From Actinomycetes bacterium (lineage in GTDB: Bacteria > Actinomycetota > Actinomycetes > Actinomycetales > Micrococcaceae), in the NCBI GenBank assembly GCA_023426375.1, contig JAFAAV010000051.1, forward strand, positions 21,465 to 85,464: a DNA stretch of 64,000 nt. Reading direction: 5' to 3'. The first letter of the stretch is position 1. Each line of letters begins with the position of its first letter. Position numbers and translations under genes: made by a program. The notes under the pieces are model-generated. The model had not been told where the DNA came from, made no database searches, and was given only the letters and a program-made list of their open reading frames with translations. This document shows positions 54,670 through 64,000 of the stretch, one piece after another.

Positions 54670-55368
54670 CTACGCCCGACGGCGCTTCAAAACGTCATCC
54701 AGGTTGAGGGCCGCGGACTCCCGCGAACCGGCCTCTGCCGCGTCCTTCAACGTGCTGGACTTGGCTGCGGGGCGCTGCGGAACCTGCAAGGGCTCGGGTT
54801 CGCGCGGGGGTACAACCGGTGCCTGGGTGTACAGCGGCTTGGGAACCGGAACGGGCTTCCAAGTGGTCTTGCCCTCGAACTTGGGGGCGGTGGAACGAGC
54901 GACCTTGAGCGCTTCCGCACGGAGCTCATCCACGGTGTAAGCCGGCTCGTGGGTCTTGGCAGCAAGCTGCTGCTCCGACTGCTCAACGTGCTCCGGCAGA
55001 TCCAGAGCGGCCTTGGCGCGACGTTCGCGGACCTGCTCTTCCTGGCGGTTCTCGTCCTCGTTGTCGAACAGCTTCTGTTCGGGCTGCTCAACGGGGGCGC
55101 TCACGGAGCCGCGGGCTCTACGCACGTTCTGTTCCTCGACAGCCAGATAACGCAGACCTGCCACGCAACCGATTCCCAAGAGAGTGAGAACGGTGGGCAC
55201 GGCCCAGGTCACGGCGGTGAAGGGTGCCATCAAACCGGTGATCAACGCGGTGAACAACAGCATGGCACCGGCCAGGAAGATCAGGGTCCGATCCCATCGG
55301 ATACGCATACCGGCCATGGGGCGGCGAGCAGGTGTCGCGGTGGACGGTTCCGTTACCGGCGTCTCCAT
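54670..55368 (-). CDS. Hypothetical membrane protein
   Basis: Two TM helices followed by an acidic/Pro-rich tail. Start ATG 55368 follows GGGAGAG. The ORF stays open to 55659, so a longer form is possible. Confidence 0.45.
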   Translation of the reverse strand: METPVTEPSTATPARRPMAGMRIRWDRTLIFLAGAMLLFTALITGLMAPFTAVTWAVPTVLTLLGIGCVAGLRYLAVEEQNVRRARGSVSAPVEQPEQKLFDNEDENRQEEQVRERRAKAALDLPEHVEQSEQQLAAKTHEPAYTVDELRAEALKVARSTAPKFEGKTTWKPVPVPKPLYTQAPVVPPREPEPLQVPQRPAAKSSTLKDAAEAGSRESAALNLDDVLKRRRA

Positions 55369-55704
55369 GGTGCTCTCCCGTTCGTAGGTTGATGTCTTGG
55401 GCCCAAGACTCACTGTAGTGTGCTGCGGGCCCCGACGGGGCGCATCGAACCGGAGGTCGCGCGCATCAACTTGGGCCAGCACGGGGGTGTCTTCACGACG
55501 CAGAATCCGAGGTGCAAGCCACACCGCGCACAACACGCACACGATGGCCAGAACGGCCGAGCTGCTTACCCACGTCAATCCCACGACCCCCACCATAAGG
55601 GAGCGCAGGACAAAAACTGCGACACGCAGCACCGTGTTGCTTACAACGGTGTAATTCACTGTCTGCTACACGGCGCTCACTCCAGAATACCTTTGCGGGA
55701 GCGG

Positions 55705-56349
55705 TCAGAATCGACCCTTGCGCACGGTCATGAGTTCATCGGATCCGGTGAAGCGGTGCACCAACCCACGGGGAACCTCGGGTGACGTGAGGGCAAAACT
55801 GCGGTGATCCCGCCAATGCCCGGAAATGTGGAGAAAGTCTTTCCGTAATCCTTCGTCTCGAAAACCGAGTTTCTGTACCACGCGCAAAGATTTGACGTTC
55901 TCCGGGCGAATGTTGATTTCCATTCGGTGCAGATTCAGATGCTGAAAGCAGTAGTCGGTAGCCATCGCAACAGCCATGGGGGCAATCCCCCGGCCTGCCT
56001 GCGCGGCATCCACCCAGTAGCCCAGGGTCGCCGATCTGAAGGACCCTCCGGTGATGCTGGAAACACTGAGCTGGCCCACTAATTCATTGCGGCCGGTGTC
56101 AGGGTTCACTTCCGTGATCAGCCACGGCAAGGAGGTGCCCTGCTTGGCCTGATCGCGCATCAGCTTCACGAACTGGCGGTAGGTGGGTGGCTCTCCCCCG
56201 GGTAGCGGATTGCTGGCCTCCCACGGTTCCAACCACTCGCGGTTCCGGTACCGGACGCTGTCCCATTCAGCCCGGTCACGCATGGACAATGGGCGCAGCG
56301 TGAGCTGCGCCCATTGCACACTTACCGGCCACACGACATCAGTGTTCAC
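55705..56349 (-). CDS. GNAT family N-acetyltransferase (RimJ/RimL-like)
   Basis: …LRPLSMRDRAEW…ATLGYWVDAAQAGRGIAPMAV…LHRMEINIRPEN…S…V…KLGFR… Start GTG 56349 avoids overlapping galU. Confidence 0.75.
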   Translation of the reverse strand: MNTDVVWPVSVQWAQLTLRPLSMRDRAEWDSVRYRNREWLEPWEASNPLPGGEPPTYRQFVKLMRDQAKQGTSLPWLITEVNPDTGRNELVGQLSVSSITGGSFRSATLGYWVDAAQAGRGIAPMAVAMATDYCFQHLNLHRMEINIRPENVKSLRVVQKLGFRDEGLRKDFLHISGHWRDHRSFALTSPEVPRGLVHRFTGSDELMTVRKGRF

Positions 56350-56362
56350 GGAACACTGACTA

Positions 56363-57271
56363 TCAGTCCTGCAGGTCCTTTGCGAAATCCTTGACCCACT
56401 CACGCAGATCCGGACCCAGATCGCCGCGTTCGCACGCGAGCACGATGTTGGCCTTGAGGTAGGACAGCTTGTCGCCGGTGTCGAAGCGGCGACCCTTGAA
56501 CACCACGCCGTACATACCGTGCGCCTGATCGCCCTTGTCGGCGATGGTCTGCATGGCGTCGGTCAGCTGAATCTCGCCACCGCGACCCGGAGGGGTGTTC
56601 TCGAGGATCTCGAAGATCTCGGGGTGCAGCACGTAACGGCCGATGATGGCCAGGTTGGACGGTGCGTCCTCCGGAGCCGGCTTCTCCACCAGTCCGTTGA
56701 CCTGAACGTACTCTTCGCCGTCAACCGCAGTGATGTCCGCGCAACCGTAGGCGCTGATCTGCTCCTGCGGAACCTCCATGAGGGCCACGACAGAACCACC
56801 GGTGGCCTGCTGGACCTCGATCATGCGTTCGAGCAGATCCTCGTTCGCGTCAATCAAGTCGTCGCCGAGCAGTACCGCGAACGGGTCGTTGCCCACGTGG
56901 GTCTTGGCACGCAACACTGCGTGGCCCAGGCCCTTGGGATCCTGCTGCCGCAAGTAGTGGATCTCGCCCAGGTCGGAGGCGTGCTCAACTTCCGTGAGCA
57001 GCTTGTCCTTGCCGGATTCCTTGAGTGATGCCTCGAGTGCGGGCACGCGGTCGAAGTGATCTTCCAGGGCGCGCTTGGAACGCCCCGTGATCATCAGGAC
57101 GTCATCCAGACCGGCATCCACGGCTTCCTGGACGACGTATTGAATGGCGGGCCGGTCAACAACCGGCAACATTTCTTTGGGCATGGCCTTGGTCGCCGGG
57201 AGGAACCGGGTACCCAGTCCTGCCGCGGGGATGACCGCCTTGTGTGCGCGCTTGGTTTGATTCGGGCTCAT
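56363..57271 (-). CDS. galU: UTP--glucose-1-phosphate uridylyltransferase
   Basis: KAVIPAAGLGTRFLPATKAMPKEMLPVVDRPAIQYVVQEA… canonical GalU N-terminus and length (302 aa). Confidence 0.92.
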   Translation of the reverse strand: MSPNQTKRAHKAVIPAAGLGTRFLPATKAMPKEMLPVVDRPAIQYVVQEAVDAGLDDVLMITGRSKRALEDHFDRVPALEASLKESGKDKLLTEVEHASDLGEIHYLRQQDPKGLGHAVLRAKTHVGNDPFAVLLGDDLIDANEDLLERMIEVQQATGGSVVALMEVPQEQISAYGCADITAVDGEEYVQVNGLVEKPAPEDAPSNLAIIGRYVLHPEIFEILENTPPGRGGEIQLTDAMQTIADKGDQAHGMYGVVFKGRRFDTGDKLSYLKANIVLACERGDLGPDLREWVKDFAKDLQD

Positions 57272-57418
57272 AAACTCAGGTTAATGGACGATTCTTCTTT
57301 GCGGCTGATTGAGGCGAAATATGCAGACTTTGTCATCGTCCCTTCATGAGGGGACACCCTCTGATCAGTTCATTGCCGAGAATGACCAAGCCTCGAAACG
57401 AACCCGAATGGATCTCTC

Positions 57419-58069
57419 ATGACGTCGGAATCGAATCTCCCGACCGGCAGTAAGGCCGATCTGCGACGGCGCATCCTGACCGAGCGGCGTCGTCGGTCAC
57501 CCGAGGTGCGGCAGGCCGCCTCGCACGCATTGATCGACCACCTGCGGCGCGAGATGGCCGTGACGTCGACCAGAGACCTGGCTGCTTTCCTCCCGCTCGA
57601 TACCGAGCCTCCGCTGCTGGCGGCACTCGAAACCGCACATCGCGCGGGGCATCGTGTCTGGGTGCCCGTGGTCGAGGCCGACCGTGCGATGCGCTGGTGC
57701 CAGTGGCGGCCTACCATCCAGCTCGCGCCCGGTTCGCTACCGGGATTGCTCGAGCCGGTGGGGCCGAGACACGACATCGAGATCTTCCGGGCCATTGGCC
57801 TCATGGTGGTCCCGGCCGTTGCGGTGAGCGCCGACGGCGTTCGGCTGGGTTTCGGGGGCGGCTACTACGACCGCTTCCTGGAACGGCTCGCGGCCGCGCA
57901 GCCGCTGCCCGAGATGCTCGCGTGCGTGTTCCACGACGAGATTCTGGCTGCCGGAAGTATCCCTCGAGAACCGCATGACGCGGTGATGACCAGGGCACTC
58001 ACCGAACGCGGCGTGGTGGCTCTGGGGAGCAGCGAGGATCACACCACAGCGCAGTCTCGACCGGAGTAG
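57419..58069 (+). CDS. 5-formyltetrahydrofolate cyclo-ligase
   Basis: …KADLRRRILTERR…AFLPLDTEP…VVPAVAVSADGVRLGFGGGYYDRFL… family motifs. Divergent from galU, as is common in actinobacteria. Confidence 0.8.
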   Translation: MTSESNLPTGSKADLRRRILTERRRRSPEVRQAASHALIDHLRREMAVTSTRDLAAFLPLDTEPPLLAALETAHRAGHRVWVPVVEADRAMRWCQWRPTIQLAPGSLPGLLEPVGPRHDIEIFRAIGLMVVPAVAVSADGVRLGFGGGYYDRFLERLAAAQPLPEMLACVFHDEILAAGSIPREPHDAVMTRALTERGVVALGSSEDHTTAQSRPE

Positions 58070-58116
58070 GATTAGCACTCGGTCCACATCAGTGCCAACC
58101 AATTGCGAGGAATCCC

Positions 58117-58446
58117 GTGCCGGTTTACGCCTACGGCTGCAAAGACTGCGGCCACGAATTCGATATCCGTCAGTCCTTCACGGATGACGCCCTGACCGTG
58201 TGCCCCGAGTGCGGCGGTCAACTGCGTAAGAAGTTCAACACCGTGGGTGTGGTGTTCAAGGGCTCCGGTTTCTACCGCAACGATTCTCGTTCGGATGCGA
58301 AGACCTCCGGTTCGAATGGCTCGGATTCGTCGGCATCCAGCTCGTCCGCTTCGGATTCGAGTTCCTCTTCATCGAGCTCATCCGAGAAAGCTGCCTCCAG
58401 CTCGGCACCTTCGAGCGCCGGCACCTCGGGTTCCTCCTCGTCCTGA
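58117..58446 (+). CDS. FmdB-family zinc-ribbon protein with Ser-rich tail
   Basis: MPVYAYGCKDCGHEFDIRQSFTDDALTVCPECGG (CxxC…CxxC) followed by a poly-Ser/Ala tail. GTG start. Confidence 0.8.
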   Translation: MPVYAYGCKDCGHEFDIRQSFTDDALTVCPECGGQLRKKFNTVGVVFKGSGFYRNDSRSDAKTSGSNGSDSSASSSSASDSSSSSSSSSEKAASSSAPSSAGTSGSSSS

Positions 58447-58587
58447 TTGCTGCTCCTCGGGGTCGACACTGACGTTCCCGCGGCGAAAGCACTCCACATG
58501 GTGGCTGCGTCCTATGGAGTCGTGCGCGAATCCCCAACCCCGTTGACGAGTCCGCCGCCGATCTGTGAGTGCTCATAGCGTTCGGGC

Positions 58588-59262
58588 ATGAGCCCACGAG
58601 CCCGCCCCAGATATCCACTGAGTCTGCGCCTCCGCACGGCGGTGAACCGCCGCCATCGGTTGGTGGCCGCTGCCCTCTGTGCGGTTGCGCTGACACTTCT
58701 GATCCTGCGGTTCGCTCCCCCGAGCGCGCAGTCCTCTCCCGTGGTGACCGTGGTCAATCCAGTCCCGGCGGGGACGGCACTGAGCGGGGCCGATGTCCAT
58801 GTCCAGGAGGTCCCCGTCGATTGGGTTCCGGATGGCGCCGTCACGGATCCTTCTGTCGTCACGGGACAACCGGCCACCGTGGCCCTCGTGCCGGGGCAAT
58901 TCCTGACGGAATCCTCCGTGCTCGGACCAGGTCTTCTGGAAGGTCAGCCGGAAGGTACGACCGCCGCGAGCATCCGAGTAAGTGATCCCGCAGTGCTACG
59001 CCACATCCGGCCCGGGGACAGCGTGGACGTCATACATCAGCCGGACAGCGCAGCTAATGACAGGCAGAAGACCGTGGCGGAATCGGTGACCGTGCTGTGG
59101 AGCGCACCCGTGGATGCTGGTCAGGACTCGTCTCTGTTGTCGGCCTCGGGAACCGATACCGACCTGGGTCTCGTAGTGCTGGCCGCGCCCCGGGAAACCG
59201 CGTCCGGACTGGCGGCACTGGACGGTTCCGGTCGGACTTCGCTCGTCCTGGTGGCCGATTAG
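58588..59262 (+). CDS. SAF domain protein (CpaB/RcpC-like)
   Basis: N-terminal TM helix, then SAF-like segment (VVTVVNPVPAGTALSGADV…VVTGQPATVALVPGQFLTES). Confidence 0.65.
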   Translation: MSPRARPRYPLSLRLRTAVNRRHRLVAAALCAVALTLLILRFAPPSAQSSPVVTVVNPVPAGTALSGADVHVQEVPVDWVPDGAVTDPSVVTGQPATVALVPGQFLTESSVLGPGLLEGQPEGTTAASIRVSDPAVLRHIRPGDSVDVIHQPDSAANDRQKTVAESVTVLWSAPVDAGQDSSLLSASGTDTDLGLVVLAAPRETASGLAALDGSGRTSLVLVAD

Positions 59263-59299
59263 GTCAGCAACGCGGATGGGGGGTGCGGAATCGACGTTT

Positions 59300-59638
59300 T
59301 CAGCCCCAGTGCGGGGGACGCTGTTCCTTCAGCCACTGCTCGTGCTCCCGCTCGGACATTGCCTCCGATGCCCCGGACACCGCGCGATCCGGGTCGTTCG
59401 GCCTGGCGGACAGCGCCGGATCGGTTACGGCCAAATTCGGATCTGGCGCACGCCCGCCACTAACCCGTCGGTGCCCCCGACGTCGGCGTTTGGGAAGCTC
59501 GGTGGCACTTCCGGAAGCAGCGTCCCTCTCCGAATCCGTCACCTGACGTGACCCGGTTTCTTGACCGGAGTCAGAACCCTGAACGGGATCCACGGGCTCG
59601 TCGGGTCCGGCCTTCGGGGCCGAGTTTTCCTCGTTCAT
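59300..59638 (-). CDS. Hypothetical small disordered protein
   Basis: 112 aa. Starts 8 nt after the stop of the helicase-like gene on the same strand. C-terminal …SEREHEQWLKEQRPPHWG. No domain recognised. Confidence 0.4.
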   Translation of the reverse strand: MNEENSAPKAGPDEPVDPVQGSDSGQETGSRQVTDSERDAASGSATELPKRRRRGHRRVSGGRAPDPNLAVTDPALSARPNDPDRAVSGASEAMSEREHEQWLKEQRPPHWG

Positions 59639-59646
59639 GGGCCTGC

Positions 59647-62600
59647 TCAGCCGTTCTCCGTGTCAGCCGACGAGTCCTCGGGTCGCTCGGACCGCTCCGC
59701 GCCACCCTGCTCACGGGACTCGGTCACCGAGGTCTTCGCCTTGGCGTTCAACCCCAGGTATCGCTGCACCAGCGAGGCCACGGTCTGCGGATCGGTGAAC
59801 ACCTCCACGGACCACAGGCTTACGTAGTTCCAGCCCGCGCGTTCGAGCTGCTGCGGAATCAATCGGGAACGCTCGCGCACACTCAGTGCGCGGCTGCGAT
59901 CCGATCCGTCGGACTCCATGGCCACGGGGATCCGCGGGGCTTGGCCGTCCTCGGTCGGCTGCACCACGGCTCCGGCCGAGAGAGATTCCGTGTCCGCGTA
60001 CGCCACCACGTCGATGATGTCCGCGTAGTCCGTGTGTACGGTGGCACCCGCGCGACCCAAGCGGTCGGCGAGATCCGCGACCAGGGCATCCGCAGCGTCG
60101 TCGGCGACCGAGGTCGGTGCCTGCGCCTTCTCGGAGGTGGTCGATTCGCCGAAGAGCAGCTCGAGCATGCGGTACATGTCCCGCGCGCCGTACTGCAGGC
60201 GACGTTCCTCGGTGTCCTTGGGGTGGATGGACGTGACGATGTGCGTGTGCCGACGCGCGCGCGTCATGCCGCGCACGAACGCTTGCCGCCCGTCCTTCTC
60301 GGACAGGGCGCCCAGGTTGGGCGTGGAGCGACCGGACGTGGTGCGTCCGAAGCCCAGGGAGAAGATCACGGTGTCGCGTTCGATCCCGGCGGCGCGGTGG
60401 AGTTCGACCACGCGGAAGGACTCACGGCCCGGTGCGAAGAAGTCCGCGGCCTCCCCGTTCTCACGCAACCTGCGCTGCACGGCCTGCGCCACACGGGTCG
60501 CGTGCATCGCGGACGCGGTCACCACGGCGAGCGAGCGCTCGGGGTGGCGGGTGGCGTGCGCAAACACAAGATCTACCGTGCGCTGCACCTCCGCCGACGG
60601 CGCCTGCACACCTTCCGTGCCGGCGGTCAGCACACCCACGCCATCCTCCACGTATTCCGCGGACATCCCCGAGGTGGGGCTGACCAGCTCGGATGCGTGC
60701 GGGAGGCGCGACAGGGCGCCGTCGTAGAACGCAGAGTTGAGGTAGTTGAACAGGCGCGGGTCCATGGCGCGACGGACCGAGGTGAGCCCGCGCTGATCAA
60801 CCACCCGGCTGAGCGCGCCGAAGGCCGATTCGAGTTCGGCGACCGGCTGGGGATCGTCCCCCGAGTTCTGCTGCGGCGCCACTGTGAAGGGATGCGGGTT
60901 GCCCGCGTGAGCATCGCCGAACGCAATGACCTGATCCGCACGAATAAGTGCCGGCAGAGTTGCGGCGAGAGGTGTGGACTCCGCGTCCAGGATGACCACG
61001 GTGTCGATGTGCTGGCCCTCGGCCAGCGTTGCCGAGAGGACCAGGGGGCTGGCGGTCCACACCGGAACCAGTTGTTTGATCAGATCTTCTTCCGCGCTCA
61101 ACTGGTCAGGGCGCACCCGTCCCGAACGCAGCATGTCCCGCAGGTTCCGGGCTGCCACGGGACTGCGCCGGATACTGTGCTTCCAGCGCGTGGCGAGCTC
61201 GTGCATCAGGCGACTGGGAGCCGAAGCCACGTGGGCGGTATCCGCGCGTCGGAAAGTGGATTCGGTGCGGCGCAGCTCGTTGCCGTGGGGCATGGCCACG
61301 AAGTCGTCTCCGCTGATCATGGCCTCGAGCACGGACTGCCACCAGGCCAGCTCCAACTCACCGCGCACTTCGTGGGCGGGCACGCGACGGTCCTGCATGT
61401 CCTGCAGAAAATCCCCGAGCCCGCGCGAGCGCAGGTCGTCCAGGAGCATGGTGCGCTCGGGCAACGTGGCCAGGTGGACCTCGTCATTGATCAATTCGTC
61501 GAGGGTTTTTTCCAGCTGCTCGACATCCGCGGATTCCAGCGTGGCCGCGGTGGGCGACCCCTCCAGAGCGATGGCGAGACCCTCGAGGTCTTCGCTGAAA
61601 CGGCGCTGGATGTCCCGGACTTCGCGCGCGCGATCGGACACGGCAGGTTGCTCGAGAGACGTGGCCCACGCACGCCAGCGGTCGCGCTCGGACTGCACCT
61701 TGACCAGGGCCGCGTGCAGGTCGGAGATGTGAACACCGGGGCGCATGTACTCCTTGGCCGCCTTACGCAGACGGGACCGCTGCAGGCCGGTCATCTCGAT
61801 CCCGTGGTCACGGCGCCACCCCGACGACGCCGTGGCGGCAATCAGATCGGTGACCGGGCGGTCGTAGATGTCCGGGGTGAAGTGCTTGAGGGAGTCACCG
61901 ACCTCGATGACCAGCGACAGCTGCTGGGCCCACTCCTGAATGGTGGTGCCCGGGCGCAGGCCGGACACCGACAGGACGCTACGAATCCCGGTCTTGAGGG
62001 TGGTCAGTTCGAGCAGCAGAGACTTGGCCAGCTGGTGTGCTTCACGAGCCTCGTCGTCATTGACCAGGCGGGCACCGTTCCAGGGACCGGAGAGGGTCTC
62101 GGCGTCGAACGCACCCAAGCGTGCGGCGCGTTCCAGCTGCTTCTCGACCTGGGATCGGTGGGACACTGCGTCGAGCACGGACCGACGGAACCGCACGGCT
62201 GTCTGCGGGCCGGGTTCGCGGGCCGTCAGCTCCGCCAGTGCCTGCATCGCCTGATAGGGCGAGGCCTGCCAACGGGGGCGCACGGCGTGCAGCGATTCCT
62301 CGTGGACGCGCAGCTGACCGCGCGAGATCCGCAGGGCATCCTGAAGCTTTTCGAGGTCCGGTTCCTCGGCACGTTCGTTACGGGCGATGGCTTGCACGAG
62401 TCGCTCGGCGATGTCGTCATCGTTGAGGTGGGAACCTAATGGCAGGACCAGCGAGTCCAAGCCCAAGCGGTTCCAGGCGCGGGTGAACGCAGAGAGGGTG
62501 GTGCGGGATTCCCCCAGCACCAGGACACTCTTGTTCTTGTACACGAGCGAACCCACGGTGGCGACCACGGTGTCGATGACAGGGGTGCCCACGGGGGTGC

Positions 62601-63501
62601 TGACCACAAAGCTTTCGCCCTGTTCGGCGAGGTCCACGACCTCCTGCTGGCTCCGGTCCAGATCCGTCAGCGCCAACTCGTGGGCGGGATCGCGAAGGTC
62701 GAGGGGTTCGGCACGGTTCTCCAGTGGAGTGACCACCGGTAGCTTGCCCACCTCGCTGTTCTTCAGCCGCGCAAGGTCTCGCACGAACTCGGTGCGCGCC
62801 TCGACGTTCTCATCCGCGGGACGCTCGTGTAGGTCCGCGAAGGTGGAGACGAGCAGTTGATGATCCACGTGCATGCCCGGTACGTCCACGGCCAGCTGGC
62901 GCAGGGTCTCCAGCACGGGTGCCGGATCAAGGCGGCGGGTGCCGTACGCCAAGCGGGACATCTCCCCCGTGGCCAGTTCCACGTCGTAATCCTCGCGCAA
63001 CCTGCGCACCAGGGCCGGGTTCAGGCGCGCCGGCGCCACGATCTGCAGCTCGAAGTCCTTGCCGTCCGGGCGCAGTTTGACCGTCACGGGGGCCAGCAGC
63101 ACGGGCGCGATGAAGCGCCGTTGTCCGTCCACCGCAGGATTGGTCAACCACGACGCCGTTCCGGCCGCCAAGTACGCGGCGTCCAGTCCGTGCATGACCG
63201 ACAGCTCATGGATCTTGGTACGTAGCGCCCGGGCCGAACGCGCGGCTCGTTCGTAGGCGGGGTCCTGATGATGAATCATCGTGGACAACCTGGTGGGACG
63301 GCCCATCAACAACTGTGCCTGTCCCGAGGAATTGGCCTCCGCCAGGTCGATGCACACGTTGTCCACGCGATTGAACTCCAGCAGAGTGTCCGGACCGGTG
63401 TATGCATCCATTTGCTGGGTCCAGGCACGCAAGGACACCCTGGAATCGGTCCCGGTCTCGGTGATGTTCTCGGGGCGTTCTTGGGGCGCGTCTGCAGACA
63501 T
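59647..63501 (-). CDS. DUF4011/SF1 (Upf1/DNA2-like) helicase-like protein with C-terminal REase-like domain; ATPase motifs apparently degenerate
   Basis: Overall SF1B layout (…LDRSQQEVV…VLVLGESRTTL…, …ERSLAVVTASAMHATRV…, …AAGIERDTVIFSLG…, C-terminal …LERAGWNYVSLWSVEVFTDP). Start ATG 63501 follows AGGAGAC. See the corresponding finding for the motif degeneracy. Confidence 0.65.
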   Translation of the reverse strand: MSADAPQERPENITETGTDSRVSLRAWTQQMDAYTGPDTLLEFNRVDNVCIDLAEANSSGQAQLLMGRPTRLSTMIHHQDPAYERAARSARALRTKIHELSVMHGLDAAYLAAGTASWLTNPAVDGQRRFIAPVLLAPVTVKLRPDGKDFELQIVAPARLNPALVRRLREDYDVELATGEMSRLAYGTRRLDPAPVLETLRQLAVDVPGMHVDHQLLVSTFADLHERPADENVEARTEFVRDLARLKNSEVGKLPVVTPLENRAEPLDLRDPAHELALTDLDRSQQEVVDLAEQGESFVVSTPVGTPVIDTVVATVGSLVYKNKSVLVLGESRTTLSAFTRAWNRLGLDSLVLPLGSHLNDDDIAERLVQAIARNERAEEPDLEKLQDALRISRGQLRVHEESLHAVRPRWQASPYQAMQALAELTAREPGPQTAVRFRRSVLDAVSHRSQVEKQLERAARLGAFDAETLSGPWNGARLVNDDEAREAHQLAKSLLLELTTLKTGIRSVLSVSGLRPGTTIQEWAQQLSLVIEVGDSLKHFTPDIYDRPVTDLIAATASSGWRRDHGIEMTGLQRSRLRKAAKEYMRPGVHISDLHAALVKVQSERDRWRAWATSLEQPAVSDRAREVRDIQRRFSEDLEGLAIALEGSPTAATLESADVEQLEKTLDELINDEVHLATLPERTMLLDDLRSRGLGDFLQDMQDRRVPAHEVRGELELAWWQSVLEAMISGDDFVAMPHGNELRRTESTFRRADTAHVASAPSRLMHELATRWKHSIRRSPVAARNLRDMLRSGRVRPDQLSAEEDLIKQLVPVWTASPLVLSATLAEGQHIDTVVILDAESTPLAATLPALIRADQVIAFGDAHAGNPHPFTVAPQQNSGDDPQPVAELESAFGALSRVVDQRGLTSVRRAMDPRLFNYLNSAFYDGALSRLPHASELVSPTSGMSAEYVEDGVGVLTAGTEGVQAPSAEVQRTVDLVFAHATRHPERSLAVVTASAMHATRVAQAVQRRLRENGEAADFFAPGRESFRVVELHRAAGIERDTVIFSLGFGRTTSGRSTPNLGALSEKDGRQAFVRGMTRARRHTHIVTSIHPKDTEERRLQYGARDMYRMLELLFGESTTSEKAQAPTSVADDAADALVADLADRLGRAGATVHTDYADIIDVVAYADTESLSAGAVVQPTEDGQAPRIPVAMESDGSDRSRALSVRERSRLIPQQLERAGWNYVSLWSVEVFTDPQTVASLVQRYLGLNAKAKTSVTESREQGGAERSERPEDSSADTENG

Positions 63502-63597
63502 GAGTCTCCTACTCACGAGTGCGCCGACCGCTCCACCCTCTCCCGGGTGGGGCGGCCGACGCACCGGCACTGATGTTCGTTCACAACGAGTGCGGGA

Positions 63598-64000
63598 TTA
63601 CTCCCACTCGATGGTTCCCGGCGGCTTGGACGTGACGTCCAGAACCACGCGGTTGATTTCCTCGACCTCGTTGGTAATGCGGTTGGAAATCTTGGCCAAC
63701 AATTCCGAGGGCAGTCGTGACCAGTCCGCGGTCATGGCGTCCTCGCTGCTGACGGGGCGCAGCACGATGGGGTGGCCGTAGGTGCGGCCGTCTCCCTGCA
63801 CACCCACCGAGCGGACGTCGGCGAGCAGCACCACGGGCATCTGCCACACGTCGTCGTCCAAACCGGCGCGGGTCAGTTCTTCGCGGGCGATCGCGTCAGC
63901 GCGGCGCAGGATGTCCAGACGCTCCTCGGTGACTTCGCCGATGATGCGGATTCCCAGGCCGGGGCCGGGGAAGGGCTGGCGGCCCACGATGTTCTCGGGC
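63598..64000 (-). CDS. guaA: GMP synthase (glutamine-hydrolysing), C-terminal end (gene continues past window)
   Basis: …[30 protein letters not shown]…[29 protein letters not shown]…ISNRITNEV…[19 protein letters not shown], the canonical GuaA C-terminus. Confidence 0.92.
   Translation of the reverse strand, partial: PENIVGRQPFPGPGLGIRIIGEVTEERLDILRRADAIAREELTRAGLDDDVWQMPVVLLADVRSVGVQGDGRTYGHPIVLRPVSSEDAMTADWSRLPSELLAKISNRITNEVEEINRVVLDVTSKPPGTIEWE

Noticed and set aside
58290-58446. Ser/Ala-rich repetitive DNA at the 3' end of the FmdB gene as a possible VNTR
   Set aside because: It is in-frame coding low-complexity with no exact nucleotide tandem unit. Such tails are common in actinobacterial FmdB proteins.
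59548-62439. 963-aa ORF on the plus strand
   Set aside because: It is entirely antisense to the helicase-like gene. It has no recognisable motifs and an Arg/Gly/His-rich composition. This is a high-GC artefact.
1-64000. CRISPR arrays, rRNA, tRNA, IS transposases, prophage structural genes
   Set aside because: I saw no regularly spaced direct repeats, no rRNA- or tRNA-like sequence in any intergenic gap >100 bp, and no DDE/transposase or phage capsid/terminase signatures in the ORF translations.

Overview
High-GC actinobacterial (Micrococcales-like) DNA with three compositional blocks. Hand GC counts on sampled 60-nt lines give about 67-78% at 1-24.9 kb, about 52-60% at 24.9-35.9 kb, and about 65-68% at 35.9-64 kb. 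Block 1 looks plasmid- or ICE-derived. It carries a MobF/TrwC-type conjugative relaxase, a DprA homologue, a complete four-gene QatABCD-type anti-phage locus (KAP NTPase, QatB-like, QueC-like, TatD-like), accessory regulators and transporters, and a two-component-system/ABC/DMT/glycosyltransferase/hydrolase module bracketed by two paralogous double-HTH genes. Block 2 holds small accessory genes (DJ-1, DUF2200 plus a decayed second copy, DUF899), a second NarL-type two-component system, a PQQ sugar dehydrogenase, pcp, a PadR-DUF1048-ABC efflux operon and a frameshifted AI-2E transporter. Block 3 is chromosomal backbone (galU, 5-formyl-THF cyclo-ligase, FmdB, SAF, guaA 3' end). It also holds a Pls/PosA-type single-module NRPS (A-T plus membrane/hexapeptide C-terminus, Lys-like code by hand alignment) coupled to a DUF1624/DUF418 membrane protein. 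Other items in block 3 are a reductase-desaturase operon extended by overlapping glycosyltransferase and WcbI-like genes, a TetR-MFS pair with a clear palindromic operator, a second frameshifted transporter, and a large SF1-helicase-like protein whose ATPase motifs look degenerate. I found no rRNA, tRNA, CRISPR array, transposase or integrase. All calls come from reading the ORF translations and DNA by eye. No database search was run.
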